A stretch of DNA of 62,581 bases, filler included, from Atractiella rhizophila (GCA_021432655.1; 29 parts of 29 records of this genome joined end to end with filler, not necessarily neighbours in it), one strand, 5' to 3'; positions 24,938 to 39,592 are shown, counted from the whole stretch's first letter. Made by a program: numbers and translations. Notes: generated by a model from the sequence alone, not told the origin.

Positions 24938-26141
24938 TCACTCCACTTTCTTTCTAGGAAAACTTCCGCTCGCTCCCTCTGGTAAATCACTCGTGATTTT
25001 CTCCATCTTACTTTCGTACCTCTTCTCCGGTTTCAGCTCGCCGGATGAGAAGGCGTGTTGCCGCTTCTCAAGATCTGCAATGTCCCAACAATGAGATATT
25101 TATTGTGCGCCAAGAATGGAGACCGAACCATGAGCCCACATTGCCGCTCTTTACGCGTGAGTTAGGATTGTCGTTATCAAGTCTTGAATGAGGACGAACC
25201 CAATACGATTGCTGCCATCAATCATCCTTTAGGAAAAAAATGTCGGAAAAGAGAGAACAAACCTGACTCCAAACACGATTCCCAACACAGGCACCCTCTC
25301 CAACAGGGCCGCAACAAAGCCGAAAGTTCGGTATTCTGTCTGGCGTTCGACGACGAAGAGCTCGCGCTGAAAGTCGCTGCAATTTACCTCATCAGGTAAA
25401 TTGTGGAAATAAAGCAGGAAAAGGATGAAATGAGCACCTCATGCCTTTTGCCTTGAAAAACTAGAAGCGGAAGTCAGAGAGCTCTCGAATAAACAGATGA
25501 AGAGAGATGTACAGGCTCGTGTAAGATCTTGCCTAATGTCTACAAGTAACGGTCAAACATGCTAAAGGCAATAAAGTGACGGACCAAGCTCTTGATGCCC
25601 GCTCCAATAACAAGTCCGAGGAAGGGAATGAAATTCAGCGGGATGAGGGCAACTGTATCCAATCTATCAGTATCATTTGCAAGTTCAGGAATGATGTCGA
25701 CTCACATTTCAGCCCGTAGCGTACCAATGGTCCAGATAGCTTTGTATAGAAATTGATTTTCTGCTTCGCGTGTTCTGCTCTCCTCACCGGCGGCAGAGCC
25801 CATTCTTCAATGTATGGACCCCAGAAAGCTGTACGACGTTTAGATAGCCGTGTTGTACCAGGAGAAGGTGAAAGACATACAAGCATCCTTCCCCCTACTT
25901 GCCACGGTGCTGTGGTACGCTTCTTCCCTCGCCTTCCCCAGTGTACGGGAGAGGAAGAACTGTATGAGAAAGCTGGCTTGCCCAAGCACGAGGAGGAGGG
26001 AAGCGTAAGTTTGCACCCTGGCATCCGCATTCAGTTCAGCATAAGAGTGACCAAAAAGGGGACAAAGAGTTGGACGAACGGGACACGAAAAAAGGTGGCA
26101 TCTTCGGAGTAGGAGAACAGGGATGTGGAATTCATGAAGAA
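24938..26141 (-). CDS. EI24/Rrt8-Lds family membrane protein, 5'-truncated, multi-exon
   Basis: Spliced reading: TVASRGKD..FWGPYIEEW..PP, PLNFIPFLGLVIGA, FFKAKGM, ERQTEYRTFGFVAALLERVPVLG, AAMWAH/DLEKRQH, ending RKKVE* at 24938. Confidence 0.75.
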
Positions 26142-28401
26142 NNNNNNNNNNNNNNNNNNNNNNNNNNNNNNNNNNNNNNNNNNNNTTAATTAATTAANNN
26201 NNNNNNNNNNNNNNNNNNNNNNNNNNNNNNNNNNNNNNNNNAACAAACGTAAAACGTCAGTGCTGAAACCTTTTGGTAGCTGTGTCATTCGTGGCAGCAG
26301 CTTGCTACGCCTCAATGTGTCATGATTGACCATCAACATTGTCACAGCACCAACTGGACAGGGAGATTTAGAACATTTTCATGCAAGGCTGTAGATATTA
26401 CTGTAGTGGGTACCCTGGCAGCACCGTCGGTAATTTAACGGTTCAGGAACTGCTGATGTTCATGGCGGATAGGAGCCATAACTGGATATAATTAAAATCG
26501 TCGAGGCTTCTCTGAACACCCTCAACACGAATAAACACAACTCACTTTGATTAGCTTATTTTACAATCACCGCGCATCTGTTGACAACTGTTATTTGGCG
26601 CCATTGTCCTCCCACGCCCTTCCCCCGAGATCCAACATTCGCCCGTTCGTCCGTGATGATTGTCGGAACCGCAAGCGAAAATCAGGTCAGGTGACAATTT
26701 TTGCCACCGTTTTTCTTTTTCTTAACAGTCAGTTCGACGGTCGTGAAGAGCAACTACACGTTCAGTTACATTCTTATCTTTGTTTGAGAGCCATGAAAGG
26801 CTCCTAGATGGAGAACGACGTGCCATAAAAGGCGGTCAGGCTCAAAACGAACTGAATGCCACTGTCACGAAGAATGTAAGGGAGCTTAACGCGACTAGGT
26901 CAAAAGTATTGAGGGAAATCCATTCATGTTTGATACCGCGCGGCGGAAGAGGTTACGTAGAGATGTCAGGTTTGTCTCGTGTTCACCTGGGAGGAAACGC
27001 GTCGCGTCAAACTCCCGCTCCTCCGACGCTCGTTCCCAAACTGCATGCCACTGGCGGCCATTTGAAGCCTGAGAGACTTGCGGCCTGTTCTGAGGCAGAT
27101 GATTGAAAATGGCTACTAGAAGGTGTAAAGACTATGCCAGTTTGCGAAAACTCGTCGCTTGAACAAGCCATGGACAGGTGGACATTATTCCCTCAGTATT
27201 TCTAGAGAGACGTAATCAAAAGCCTTGCGCGTGCGTTCTTGTTAGACAAGGAGATGGGCAAGATGAGAAATCTTGAATCGAATGCAAATTAACGTCCTTC
27301 GTCATATCGCACCGGGCCTTCCATCCTATCACGGCTGAAGGATCTGTGGTTGAAAGTCTTTCCATGATAGTCTTTTCATTCTTAATATTACGTCGGTCAC
27401 ACTTGGCCAGGCGCACCAGTGTTGCCGACCTTGCCCATGTTGACCGGAAAGACAAGATGGTAAAAGTGTGACCAGCATGTTCGCCAAAACAGATTGGACT
27501 TGGAATCTCCAAATACAGGACAGGGTTGTAGTAAAAGGTAGCGGCGCAACCCTAGCTTCGTTCTATCGCTCTTTCGCCCCTAAGTAAAGCGTTTTTTTAC
27601 GTCTTCTCCAATAAGATGGATAAATTCACTTCACGGGAAGGCATGAACAGCAATCTTCTGATGTTTTTGTAGAAACTTAGGAGAATAACTCCTGTACAAA
27701 TAAGCCCATGTGTTCCCAACTTGACAACAGTTCATCCATCATGCTTCCTATCTTGCTGCCCAGCAGGCTCCTCCCTCTGCCCAGCTGGTAGCTGGAGATG
27801 GCGCAGTTTCGGCAGCGGCTGGCAGCAACCCAATTGAAGTCTTCTTGTGTATTTCTGTATGATCGATCGGATCTGATGTAAAGTTACAGGTGACCTTCTT
27901 TCAGGAAGTTAGTTTCCTCACACCGGGAGGAGATGCGAGGCTGCAAGAGGCTGCAGCATCCTGCTTGTTGTAGCTACATATGTTTCTTTGCGGTGTTCTC
28001 GAGATGATTTGAGAATGTGTGTATGCCTCCTGTTTAGGAACCCTCAAAGCAACCCGCTATTTAAATGCGTTTCATTTCCCAAAACGAAACAAGCAATGCA
28101 TCCGTCCCACGTTGGTTTTGCTAACTTTCCTTCTCCAAGTCACGGTGGCTTTAGACTGGCTCCAATTCCATTTACTGGGGTCTTTCAAAATCGAAACTGT
28201 CCGCCTCGTCGGGGAAGACAGCTTGGAGCCCTAAATCAGGTTCAAATAGTGGCTAGAGCTCTTCGGAGTCTCCAGAAGATCTTGAAAAAGCCAAACTCTT
28301 TNNNNNNNNNNNNNNNNNNNNNNNNNNNNNNNNNNNNNNNNNNNNTTAATTAATTAANNNNNNNNNNNNNNNNNNNNNNNNNNNNNNNNNNNNNNNNNNN
28401 N

Positions 28402-30422
28402 CTCTGCGGTTGAGGAGGGACATAGCTCTTCTGCCGTTCCATCTGAGCTGACAGGCATCCACTAGCTGCGGCGACGAAACCGAGGTACGGAGGGGAAGGA
28501 TTGAGAGGTCTTGTGCAGAGCTCAGGATGAGATTGTAAGCCGACGAAAAATGGATGGTTGCGAACTTCGAAAATTTGCATCCTCTCTCCCCGTTCATCTC
28601 GTCCCGTGAATGTGAGACCACTTTTCTGGATAGAATCGACCATAGTAGGATTAACCTCGTACCGATGTCGATGCCGTTCCCAAATTGTAGAAGTTGAAGG
28701 AGAGCCATACAACTTATTCACGATGGACCAGTCTTCTGACTCAGGAGTGAAGATGGTTGGTCGCAATCCTAAGCGTTGCGTTCCACCGAGATGAGTTCGC
28801 GATATCTCAGGCATGAAAATGACAACAGGGTTCTTGGTGTCAGCATCAAATTCCGTCGAAGTGGCACCTTTATCACATTTAGCCTTTTTGCGACGAAAAG
28901 GATCCACCAACCCTTGATACCCATCACATTCCTCGCCCATTCGATCACGGCACACTGAAATCCAAGGCAGATGCCAAGGAACGGAACCCCTTTCTCCCTT
29001 GCCCACTTTGCGGCAAGCATCATGCCTTCTGTACCCCGCGAGCCGAACCCTCCAGGGACAATAACTCCATTCGCGGAACAGACCTTCTGCCAGGCACCGT
29101 GATACTCTTTGGGGTTCTCCAATTGACAGGTGTGTTCCAGATGCGAAGAATCTACCCACTATCATTCCAGTCAGCTAAACTGCGTTAATGCGCTTGAATA
29201 ACAAAATGACGAACCTCGAGGAGAAGCTTCTGTTCGCAACGGAAAGAAGCATGTTCAAGAGCTTTCACAACGCTAGTGTAACTATCGCGAAGCGAGACGT
29301 ATTTGCCCACCAGGACGATGGTGACTTTATCAAAAAGTCGATCATGGCTGAGTCCCACCTGAACCTGAATACTCTCCTAAGAAGGAAGAGACGAACGTGA
29401 TTGTCATCTCCTTCCACCTTCTTTCAATTTGGGACCCTCTGCTCACATTCTCCGCGCCTCTCTTCCCTACTGGTTCATCAAGTCGGAGTCGTTGCATCAA
29501 GTATTTCTGCTCCCTCAGTCGTCATGCCATATGCCCTCACTCAAGCATGACAAAAACGAACAACGATTCCCTGTTCTTTTAGGAGCAAGGGGACATGGTA
29601 TATACTTGCGACATCGTGGACTGCTAAAACCTGATCGGGACCAACATGACAAAAGTTCGAGATCTTCTTCCGGACAGGGAGTTCAATAGGTGAAGAGCAC
29701 CGGCATGCTATCTGCTCAATCAATTTAGCATCAACACCATTTCAAATCTGGTCGCAGGGAAGCGAACTAGATCGGGCATCAACCCCAAACCGCGAAGATC
29801 TTGAACGGAGTGTTGTGTAGGCTTTGTTTTCTTCTCTCCATGAATATCTGGCACGAGAGAAACGTGTATAAGAGCGAAACTAGTCGCCATTTAGTGTTTC
29901 CTCTAATATTTAGATAAACTGAGGAAGGACGAACTTCGACGGGCCGACTCTGAACTGAAACTGCCTCAGCGCCTCCACAAATTGCATGCTCTCAATATCC
30001 CCAATTGTGCCTCCCAGCTACAAAAACGTCAACATTTATGATTGGCGACAAACATGTTTAACACCTCAACAATGCAAACATCATTGTCACCTTCGTCCTC
30101 CTCTGCAGAAACAGGTGCTCTTGCAGCTTCCTCAATCATAGCTTGAATTTCATCCGTGACATGTGGAATGATTTGCACCGTGGAACCAAGGTAATCGCCT
30201 CTTCTCTACAACCCACAATACAATGTGGTGACGACGAAATGAGCACGTCGTAGCCATTTGTCATTTTTCAGGAAGGTGAACAGACCTCATTATCAATGAC
30301 GGTCCTGAATACCCGTCCAGTGGTAATGGAGTGCACACGGGAAAGAGTGATATCCAGGTATCGCTCGTAGTTCCCTAAGTCGAGGTCGACCTCGGAGCCG
30401 TCGTCCAGCACAAAGCATTCGC
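28402..30422 (-). CDS. URA7: CTP synthase (internal fragment, multi-exon)
   Basis: [48 protein letters not shown], glutaminase motifs VPGGFGSRG and GICLGFQ, and GLQSHPE. Confidence 0.97.
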
Positions 30423-31321
30423 CTGTTGACGAACAGGGATTAGATTTAGGTGCACATCNNNNNNNNNNNNNNNNNNNNNNNNNNNNNNNNNNNNNNNNNN
30501 NNTTAATTAATTAANNNNNNNNNNNNNNNNNNNNNNNNNNNNNNNNNNNNNNNNNNNNCCTCAGCAGGGACTATATGAAGGAATACGTTTGACAACCCTC
30601 CATGCCTGATATCATTTTATTTGCGCATATGATAGTATTATATGACATGGAAAGAGCATTCACCTGCAAGTTGCGAATGCACACTTTTTATCCACTTAGA
30701 GAATGGTTATCTAGCTGCCCATGAGCGGACAGGTTTAATTTATAGTTCCCTGCGGCGTCAGAATTATTCGAACTAAGAAATTGGTGCCTTAGGATTGCTA
30801 CTGTCCATAAAGAGAAAGAAGTTATGCTTGAGTTTACGAAATTTGTTCATTCGGGCGGTCAATTGAAGGTTCTGCTCCCTTGTACTGCTATTATTGGTCT
30901 AAGCAAGCCATGTTCCAACGTACTCTGCGAAATTGACTGCTAAGAGGTTAACAAAAGAGAGCTGCGATGCAAAGTGTGAATCAAGCGCAATCAAAAGGAA
31001 ACAAGCTACAAAGAAGCGGATGTCAAAGGGATCTGTTAGAGTCTAAATACGGGTAAGGCCAATTCATTTTCCAGCAAGAAGGGCACAAGTTACAAGACCC
31101 TTGTTAAACAAAGGGATCTGGGTTTCATTAGCTCCGTTAAATTGGAGGAGTCTTGAACGTCACTATTTGCACGATATTGCTGCGTACAAAGCAGTTTCAC
31201 TCGCTCTGCATAAAGAAGGCTCAGGCGTGGACAGTCCCTCCTACAAAACTCGAATCCTGTTCGAAAAGACGATTCACTGCTCCAGATCTGCGCTGCAATT
31301 CTTGAAGACCTAAAGATAAAA

Positions 31322-32613
31322 ATGCCTTGGATTAACTTACATCCACTCTACTCGAGTAGACTCACGAAGTCTAAGAGATGGTTCGTTTACTCTCGCACAC
31401 TGAATAACTTTCTGATTATTACGGGCCTGGTAGGATCGCCCGTAAAGCAGTGATCGATTTGGCCAACGGGGGAACCCACGATCCGAATCTACATCCTCAT
31501 TACGAAGAGGACGACGCCGAACTATATCCTTGGACATCGTCTACTTTTCCACGGCCAAAGGGTGGTGATTACGACCGACAACTACGGCAACGTGTGAGAG
31601 AAAAGTATGATGATCAGTATGAAGCAAATGTCTCTCCAGGAAATCAGTATGGATTTCGCGAGGGGGTGGAACCCGTTTACGGTCCAGAAAGACCTCGTAG
31701 TAATTTACATCGTGAGTCGGCCACAAACCTTGTCACTAAAGCAATAACAATGGCCTTTCAAGCACGAAGGATAATTCAACGGAATATCCGTGCCTTCCCC
31801 AACTTGGGGAGATGGGGTTGAGCGCGAACAAATTCCAGCAACATTACTTGATAACCTGCTATACGAAGTGATAGACGAGATACGATTGAAGCAAGCAAGC
31901 TGGGATCACATGCCTTTCGATGAGCTGAGAACTTACCACAAAGTAAGAGCCATTCCACACAGCCAAAAGTTTACAACAAGTCAAAATGTTTTAAAGGGTG
32001 AAAGATGAACACAAACCTGGGAGGTTATGACTCATTGCAGCATTTTATGGGATGCGGACATGCCTCCGACCTCGCATTCTTTTGTGCAGAGAATACCTCG
32101 AAGCAGCATGCAAGTCATGAAAGGATGAGTTTCTCAAAACAGGGCATATATTCCTGGAAGTAGATAGAGGACCACCAACCACAACCATGTTCAACAACCA
32201 CCTGCCACAAAGTTCATGCTTACCACGTGACTTGAATTCTTTCCCAAAGGATCAGGTTTTGAAACCAGAAGGGAGGACAAACTCGCAATCAGGTGATTTG
32301 GGCCGAAATGTAAGTTCCCTACCACACCTACACAGACCTGACTCAGCTACAGGAGAGTCACGGACTGGACGAAAATCATTGGTCATCACCAGGCACAAGG
32401 CAGGCGAAAGGTACTGGCGGCTCCATTGCTTAAGCCGTACTCAAGATTTATAGGAATAACTTGGGAACGACTTGATGGAGTCCCGATTCTGGGGTCACGA
32501 AGAGTCCGGAAGGTTCTTCTGGCCGCTGTCTTTCCAGAGTTTTATACGACAGAGGAAGTAGACGCGTTACACAGCCTGTTGGACGAAGAATGGGCTGCGA
32601 AGTGCCGCTTCTT
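31322..32613 (+). CDS. Lineage-specific hypothetical protein (spliced, possibly disrupted)
   Basis: ATG at 31322 and an intron ~31381-31432 join in frame to ORF 31450. Later ORFs lie in other frames; no family recognised. Confidence 0.3.
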
Positions 32614-32713
32614 NNNNNNNNNNNNNNNNNNNNNNNNNNNNNNNNNNNNNNNNNNNNTTAATTAATTAANNNNNNNNNNNNNNNNNNNNNNNNNNNNNNN
32701 NNNNNNNNNNNNN

Positions 32714-33226
32714 GCTTCGAGACCAGACGGAGTTGTGAGAAGAGGATGGCGCATAAAAAGAAGAAACATTCTAATAGATAGCCACATAGGTAGGCGGTCC
32801 AAAAAAACAAACAAGAGGAACGCACGGAAAAGTTTCTGGCCAGACTCCCAACACTTTTGAAAATGCACTCCAAACTTTCTCCACCAGTTCCTTCCCATTT
32901 ACCGCTGTAGCCCCATCGCACGCCTGTACCCATCTCCCGGCTATGTCTAATATGAGGTCATGAAATCTTTTGAGGACAACGATCGTCAGCGGTTCCTGGA
33001 GAGCTATGGTAGCGAGAGCATTGAGGAGAGCGCTGGCAGAAGGAGGATCGAGGAGAGTTTGAATTAGATGTTGAGGGACGCTGATTGTTGATGGATACGA
33101 CGGACAGCCGAATCTATTGGTATATGGTGTGTCTTGGGATGTTGAAGGACCGCTCTGTGGCGAAAGTCCTAGATCGTGTAGCAGGTGTTGCAGAGCTGGC
33201 TGAAGTCGAATATCGTGCGAATCCAT
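32714..33226 (-). CDS. MDN1: Probable midasin (Rea1/MDN1) N-terminus
   Basis: LLNALATIALQEPLTIVVLKRFHDLILDIAGRW resembles the midasin N-terminal motif (T..V...F.PLL.DL.ARW). AAA domains are off-contig. Confidence 0.55.
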
Positions 33227-33766
33227 AGTAGATCCAAGTAACAAGGTATTTCCCTGCCCTTCTCTGGCTTTGAATCTTTTCTTCGACTTCGACTCTTGCT
33301 CAAATGTCTTCTGCTGAAGATTCAGAATTTTTTGATTCTGCCACAGATCTCGCGCACGTGACAAAGTTTTCGCGTCAAAGAACCAAACCACGAGCTTGAC
33401 CTTACATGAATCCCTTTCACGAGTATTGAGAGGGCCATATTCGGATGAGATGTTTCAGTATCAGCCATTCCAGAAAAGCGTATGCGTGAAGAGTGAAGAA
33501 GATCTAGGAGATGGAAGGAAAGACGCACCCGCTCTTCCGGTGAGACCTTATTGTCGCGACAAGACGTATAAAGATTGAGTTGCGGCGCGTGTTAGTTCTC
33601 CACGAACCCATTTCGCTCTTCAAACTTATCCTCGGCTCCTCATCGTGCGGTTGGACCGTTTGGAGCTCCAAATACGCGGCCGCGAGTGCTCGAGAAAGTC
33701 ACTCCGTCGTCTTACTCCGGACCGCTATCCTCTGCCTTTTCTCTTCGCGCACACGCGTTCACAAAC

Positions 33767-34745
33767 ATGGAAGAGCTGCCATTTAGGAACTCCTTTGGAG
33801 CTGCTCATCAATTTACAGCTCCAACTGCGGTTCTACCTCTAAAAAAACCAGCAGACGCGCTGCTGAACACTTTCTACCCCGTTTCTTCCTCCAAAGAATC
33901 CCCCAGACAAGATCCTAACATTCAACTCGATTCTCAATGTACTCCAGCTAACACTTATCCTCTCCCTCCATCTCAGATTTGCCAAATGGAGGTGGACTCT
34001 TCTGGCAGGGCTGGAGTCACTCCCGCTCATTCGGTAGGAGCCCAGATCCCCTCCTCCCCCACGGATGCAGAGGAGTGCGAAATTCCAGGAAATCTTCTGC
34101 AGCCTAAACCCGTCCCTTCTCCATCAGATTCTCGCCAGTCAGGGAGTCCTCACTTCCGAGCATCGTCAACAGTGATCAAGCAGGAGAGAGCGTCGGTCCC
34201 TACACAGGAATCAAGGCATTCCTACCAGTTAATGGAACGTCGATTGGAGCTATTAGAGGCTTGTCGCAAGAACCTAGAATCCGACCTCGCGGAGGCAAAA
34301 GCGCACGCGGAGCACGAGAAAGCTGAGATCAAGAAACAAGCTCGTGAGAAAATCGTAAGAGCAATGGAGTTGTGAGTGCATTCACAACTTAGTGCCTACA
34401 TTCTTAAAGAGTCCTGTGAATAGGTTGGAGCAGAAAGAACGCGAATCTCAAGCGCTCTTCCAAGAATGGAACGCGGCATCGAAGCAAGAATCTGAGAAAT
34501 TGAGGAGAGAAATCGAGGAACTTAAGGCCAAGTCGTCTCTTGCTTTGGAAGGTGCTTCCCGTTGGATTACGCCGGAAGGAGCTGTGTGTTTTGACAAGAT
34601 TGAAGAGTGTAAGATGGAGACCCTAAAAGCATTACAAGACTCGGATCAGAAAAAACAGCGTGTAATTGATCTGTTAAGGGAAGAGTTAGACAATGTGACA
34701 GGGGAGCTGCTGGAGAAGCGAACTAGGATCGTGGGTACCTTCTAA
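33767..34745 (+). CDS. Hypothetical protein, S/P-rich N-terminus plus coiled coil
   Basis: Long ORFs 33686-34375 and 34392-34745 separated by a GTGAGT..TAG intron; E/K/L-rich heptad pattern; divergent from the midasin-like gene. Confidence 0.65.
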
Positions 34746-34866
34746 GTTCAATCCGTGTATGCTCACNNNNNNNNNNNNNNNNNNNNNNNNNNNNNNNNNN
34801 NNNNNNNNNNTTAATTAATTAANNNNNNNNNNNNNNNNNNNNNNNNNNNNNNNNNNNNNNNNNNNN

Positions 34867-36917
34867 CTAGCCGTGTTCCGCCCTGAATCTCGAAATTGAT
34901 GTCGTCCAAAGCCAGGTTTGCTTCATTGTTATAGCGTACGTCGACGTGCTCGAACGCAATTCTTCCCCGTTGCGGCCATGTTGGCTCAACGGATTGGTGA
35001 TCGTTGGGAAAATCCATGTCTTCTGAAGGGAGCGTGCTGTATCATGGTCAAAAACGGTTCAATAAAAACTTTGTCCCACCGGAGCTCATCCAGGCGCGCG
35101 ACAGAAACCACTGAACAAGGCAAGTCATTTGGCACCGGGCCCTTCGGAGTCAATGGCTTACTTGAAACTTCCAAGAGACTGTAAGCTTGCGTAAGGAAGC
35201 CAAGGAACATTGACATGAATGTCAGTTGAATCAAAGAAACGCCAAGAAAAGCCTTCGTTTCTGCGCTTTGTCGAGTAACTGGAGAAGCCTTTAAGTCACA
35301 AACAAGCTAACCTGTTGAAACTTACCGACAGCAAACGCTACCAGTGACACATTGATCACGGTCGACAGGATTCCAAGGGTAGATGACAACCAGCTGAATA
35401 TCATTCAGTACACGCTACGCTGAGTGGTTCACCTGCCTTCGAATAACATCCCAATAGAACGCTTTTTGGGCATCCCTCAGCAACTCTGTGTTCTTAGATA
35501 TCAAGAGCTGCTGTTTCCCGAAAGCTCGAATGGTCAATAGACCGCGTATGTCGAGGGTTTCAGAGAACAGTCCATATATCGGATTCATCGAGACAGAGCG
35601 CAATCGTGAGATTTGCTGAGCACAATACTGCGGATCCATTTAGTATGAGCAGGGAGACGATGGGATAAGGATATATGGACAGACGTTATAGAATCGAGCC
35701 ACATATCCGAAGCACGTTAAACAAACTATGATGACTATGGAAGTCTACACCACGTCACATGAGTGCTTACGACATGTGCGGGTAAACTACTTGCAGGAGG
35801 AGATGCAAGCGATATGACTGCCAGTCGAGTGATAACCTACACAACGTCATGCACTACATACTGCAGGTGAAGTGGACACACCATTGACAACGTGGCTCCA
35901 AAATTTATAAAAGGTCCATGAATGTTGTCCAGCCCAGCAAAATCACCCGCGAACCGATTGATCAAACGCCCTATCGCATGTTTCTCGAAAAATTCCAGGT
36001 CCGTACTGTAGTACAAAGTCACGGGATTTCGTGAACATAGAAGATGGGACACGAGCCGAAATGTTCCTTCCATGACGCTGTCCCCATAATTCTTAGACAG
36101 TTTGTACGGCAGCTCCACCGCAGTGAAATAGAAAGTCCAGCTGAGAATGATGAAATACAGGATCTCGATGCCGATGTAACCTCCCAGGAACTGTAGGGCA
36201 AGCGTTTTATTCTGGTTCGCCCCACCCATACCGTTAAACCAGATTTGGAGGAAGACCTGGATGAGTGCTCCCGACCCCGCGCCAAGAGCAAGCAAACATA
36301 GGGCGAGCAGTAGACTTCGTACTCCTCCAGAGGTACTATCTTACAATATGAACAATTGTTCTCGGGGTGAGGGAGGTGCTCACAAGAAGCTCCAATGCAT
36401 CGACAAAGAGATACCGCGAAAGCCAACCTCATCGTTGATCATTCCTTCGTCTTCCTGCGGTACGAGACCCGGTTCAAATTCGACTTGTGAGGAAAGAAAC
36501 CTAGATTGAACGCTATCGGATTTGCTTTGCTTCGCACTCAGCTCAGCCATCCAGCTTGCAGCGACTTTAGATGCTTCAAGATCGCCGAAAGAACCTTGTT
36601 CAATCACACTCCCTCCCTCCATGAACAACAACCAGTCCGCAGATGATAACCTATGGATCCCGTTGGTGACTAATATCACAGTCTTCCCACGCAACAGGCC
36701 TCTCTCTCCAAAGAGAGAGGAAAAAACATGTCTCTCGGTAACTTGATCTAGAGCTGAGAAACAATCATCGAGCAAGTGTAGCTCTGAGTTTCTGGCATAC
36801 ACAGCTCTGGCCAGAGCAATCCTCTGTTTGCCGTTAACTGTGATACACAACAAAGAAGGAGATAGATACCGCTCGCTGTCCACCTGAGAGTCCGTTACAA
36901 ATACTCTTATCTCCATG
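34867..36917 (-). CDS. ABCC/MRP-type ABC transporter, NBD1 end through TMD2 to NBD2 start
   Basis: LSGGQ..RIALARAVY, LLDDCFSALD, FFEKHAIGRLINRFAGD, GLLTIRAF and WPQRGRIAFEHVDVRY. Confidence 0.93.
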
Positions 36918-37017
36918 NNNNNNNNNNNNNNNNNNNNNNNNNNNNNNNNNNNNNNNNNNNNTTAATTAATTAANNNNNNNNNNNNNNNNNNNNNNNNNNN
37001 NNNNNNNNNNNNNNNNN

Positions 37018-37775
37018 CCACTGCATAGACACCATGTCAGCCCTTGGTAAACGAACCACAGATTAACAGACCAGGAGAATCTTGTCGACCGTCTTGTCTC
37101 GCTCCTCTTCATTCATCCCAGCCTGTAACTCAAGTCGATCGAGCCCAACTTGCTTGCACATCTTCACTGCCGCATCGCGAAACATACTTCCATCCCCGAG
37201 GCCAGTTGGCGGCAGGGTTGGATTGGCAGGTATCCATTCCGACAGTAACAAGAAGGCCTGATAAAACTTCGGCTTGAACCCTGGAAAGTGCAGATGACCC
37301 ACCTTGATGATATCCAACACTTCCTCTTCGTTCAATGTGGCAGGGTTTGCGCTAATTGCTCGAAAAGCGCCTTGATTGACCAGCGAGGTCAAGAAAGACG
37401 TCTCAGCAGCTGTAGCGTTGGTGCATTGCTGTGAAGCAAGCAGATGTCGGACAGCTTGTAAAAAAGGACTCGGCGCGCGTGCTTGAGCTTTTGAGCTAGC
37501 GCTGAATAAAGGTGAAAAGAGCTGCTCATATCTGGGATGCACCTTTGAGCATTGTTACTCACGGCTGAAGATCTGACACACATTTCATCCCATTGTGCTC
37601 GCCGTTCAGCTGTAATATGTGTAGGTCCCCCTTCTACAGCTTTGACTGGTTGTTTAATATGCTGAGTCTCGAAGCGGAGTAGAAGACCATTGAGAAGAGT
37701 AGGTACATCCGCCCAATCGCTCGTATCGGGGTTTGAATCTTCGTCTTCTTCGCCCTTGATGCAATAGTCAATCAT
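37018..37775 (-). CDS. Hypothetical protein (spliced, 3'-truncated)
   Basis: Overlapping ORFs 37389-37775 and 37063-37542 with candidate GT-AG introns; no family recognised. Confidence 0.4.
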
Positions 37776-39166
37776 CTAGCTTGTTGGGTATTGGCGCAGG
37801 ACCCACTTTCAGCCGTCGGTATGAAGAATCCCTCCACAAAATATCCACAAGACCTTGCCGTGATTCGGGAGTAAAAGAGGGAAGAGAATAATTGTGGTCA
37901 GAGGTAGAAGGTGGGATTGGAGGGGAAGATCCCGCGGTTGATGGCTCGTCCGGTAGAGTAAGGAAGGAACATGGAATTGTGAGGGTGAAGCAGCGGTGGC
38001 ACGCCTTGCTGACTGACGCGCTCGGCTCACATCTCGATTTCTGTTTTCTGCCTAGAAGATTAATTTTGAGTTGAATGCCCGGGGGAAGTGGATATCCGAC
38101 TCACATTGCTCACAGGCACGCTTTCGCCGACGAAAATAGTTAGACATTCAATCGCAATTGGAGCTAGTCCCTCACATTGGTCCGTGGGCGTTTTGCTCCT
38201 GGAGGCATCCTCCCTTGTGCTGCTAGCATCGCAGCGTCCGCTGGCCTCTTTCCGCTCTTCTTCCCGTTGACGTTTGCTGCGTCCATTGCAACAAAGACCA
38301 TGGATAAAGCTGTCTGTGAAAAGCCAATATGAGTAAGGTGTCTTACAATTAGGCGAGTAAAGATACCTTTCAGGTTAATTACACGCCTCTGATAACCTTT
38401 CCCCTTACTCCAGAGCCTTCTTGGTGGGTGTTGGATGTTAGAGACTTGAGCGTGAAATACTTGCAGGCTCCTCGGTTTCTTGGTCGCTAAAGTGCTGTCG
38501 ACAACTACCGATACAATTTAACCACCTTCTCACTCTCTTCAAGTTCGTCTGATCTCTAAGTTTCTTGCCTGGTTCCTGTTTGGTTGATGTTGATGAACTT
38601 CGAGCTAGAACTTGCCGAAAGCCGAAAGGTAACGTAAGGGCGCGACAGGACGTGGTAAGGCGCAAAAGGATCTCCAACGGAATGACTGATTGAATGCACC
38701 CTTGATTGTACGCATTCTTTGTATCATTCCAACGCGCCAATCATAATAATGCAAGCATCAGCTGGAGAAATGCTGGTTGAGTATTTCTATGGTAAGTCGC
38801 CCACTTTCGGATCACTCATGGCATTGATGGTCCTTGCTGGACGTTGGCAGCTTTCAAAGTCTTCCCCCACAAATTCGCAGGCATCGCACACTCTAAAACT
38901 CTCATCAAAGCCCTCAAACACTTCCCGCGTCATGGTGATTCTCCACCCCTCGACTCCAAAAACAAGTCAAAAATTTCAGCTCCGCGTCCTTTTCTTTCGA
39001 CGCAAGACTCCCAAACGGGGAAGTGGTCTTTGACCCTCTGGGAGAGTTCCATACCTGTGCATCCACNNNNNNNNNNNNNNNNNNNNNNNNNNNNNNNNNN
39101 NNNNNNNNNNTTAATTAATTAANNNNNNNNNNNNNNNNNNNNNNNNNNNNNNNNNNNNNNNNNNNN

Positions 39167-39396
39167 GAATCATAAATCAATGCGAACCCAGTTGTTTTGC
39201 CCCCTCCAAACTGCGTTCGGAAACCGAAGCAAATGACGTTGTCCTTAGGAGCCTTGTACATCGCCGCGAGCTTGTCCCGTACCTCGTCCTTGGAAGCGTT
39301 TGCTCGAGTCGGATGGAGAACGTCGACCACCATCTGCTTGCGCGCGAGGAGGCGATTCGTAAGGAATTGACGGGTGCGGACTGTTATAGAATCCAT
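39167..39396 (-). CDS. RPS24: 40S ribosomal protein S24 (eS24), 3'-truncated
   Basis: [45 protein letters not shown]. Confidence 0.97.
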
Positions 39397-39592
39397 CCTG
39401 GAAATGAATATCTGAGGGGATGCTTCAAGTCTGAACCTCAGCAGAACAAGGGAAAGGCTGTCAAAAGAAAAAACAGAAAGCCTCAGCCTGAGATTCCCGA
39501 TAACCCTATGTCTCCGCAGTCGCCAGCTGAGATAATGTTCACGTTCAACGTTTCATTTCAAATTAAATATCCAAGAGGAGACCAAGGTAATC

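Noticed and set aside
26242..28301. Short ORFs in this contig
   Set aside because: No recognisable motifs or consistent exon chain; left unannotated.
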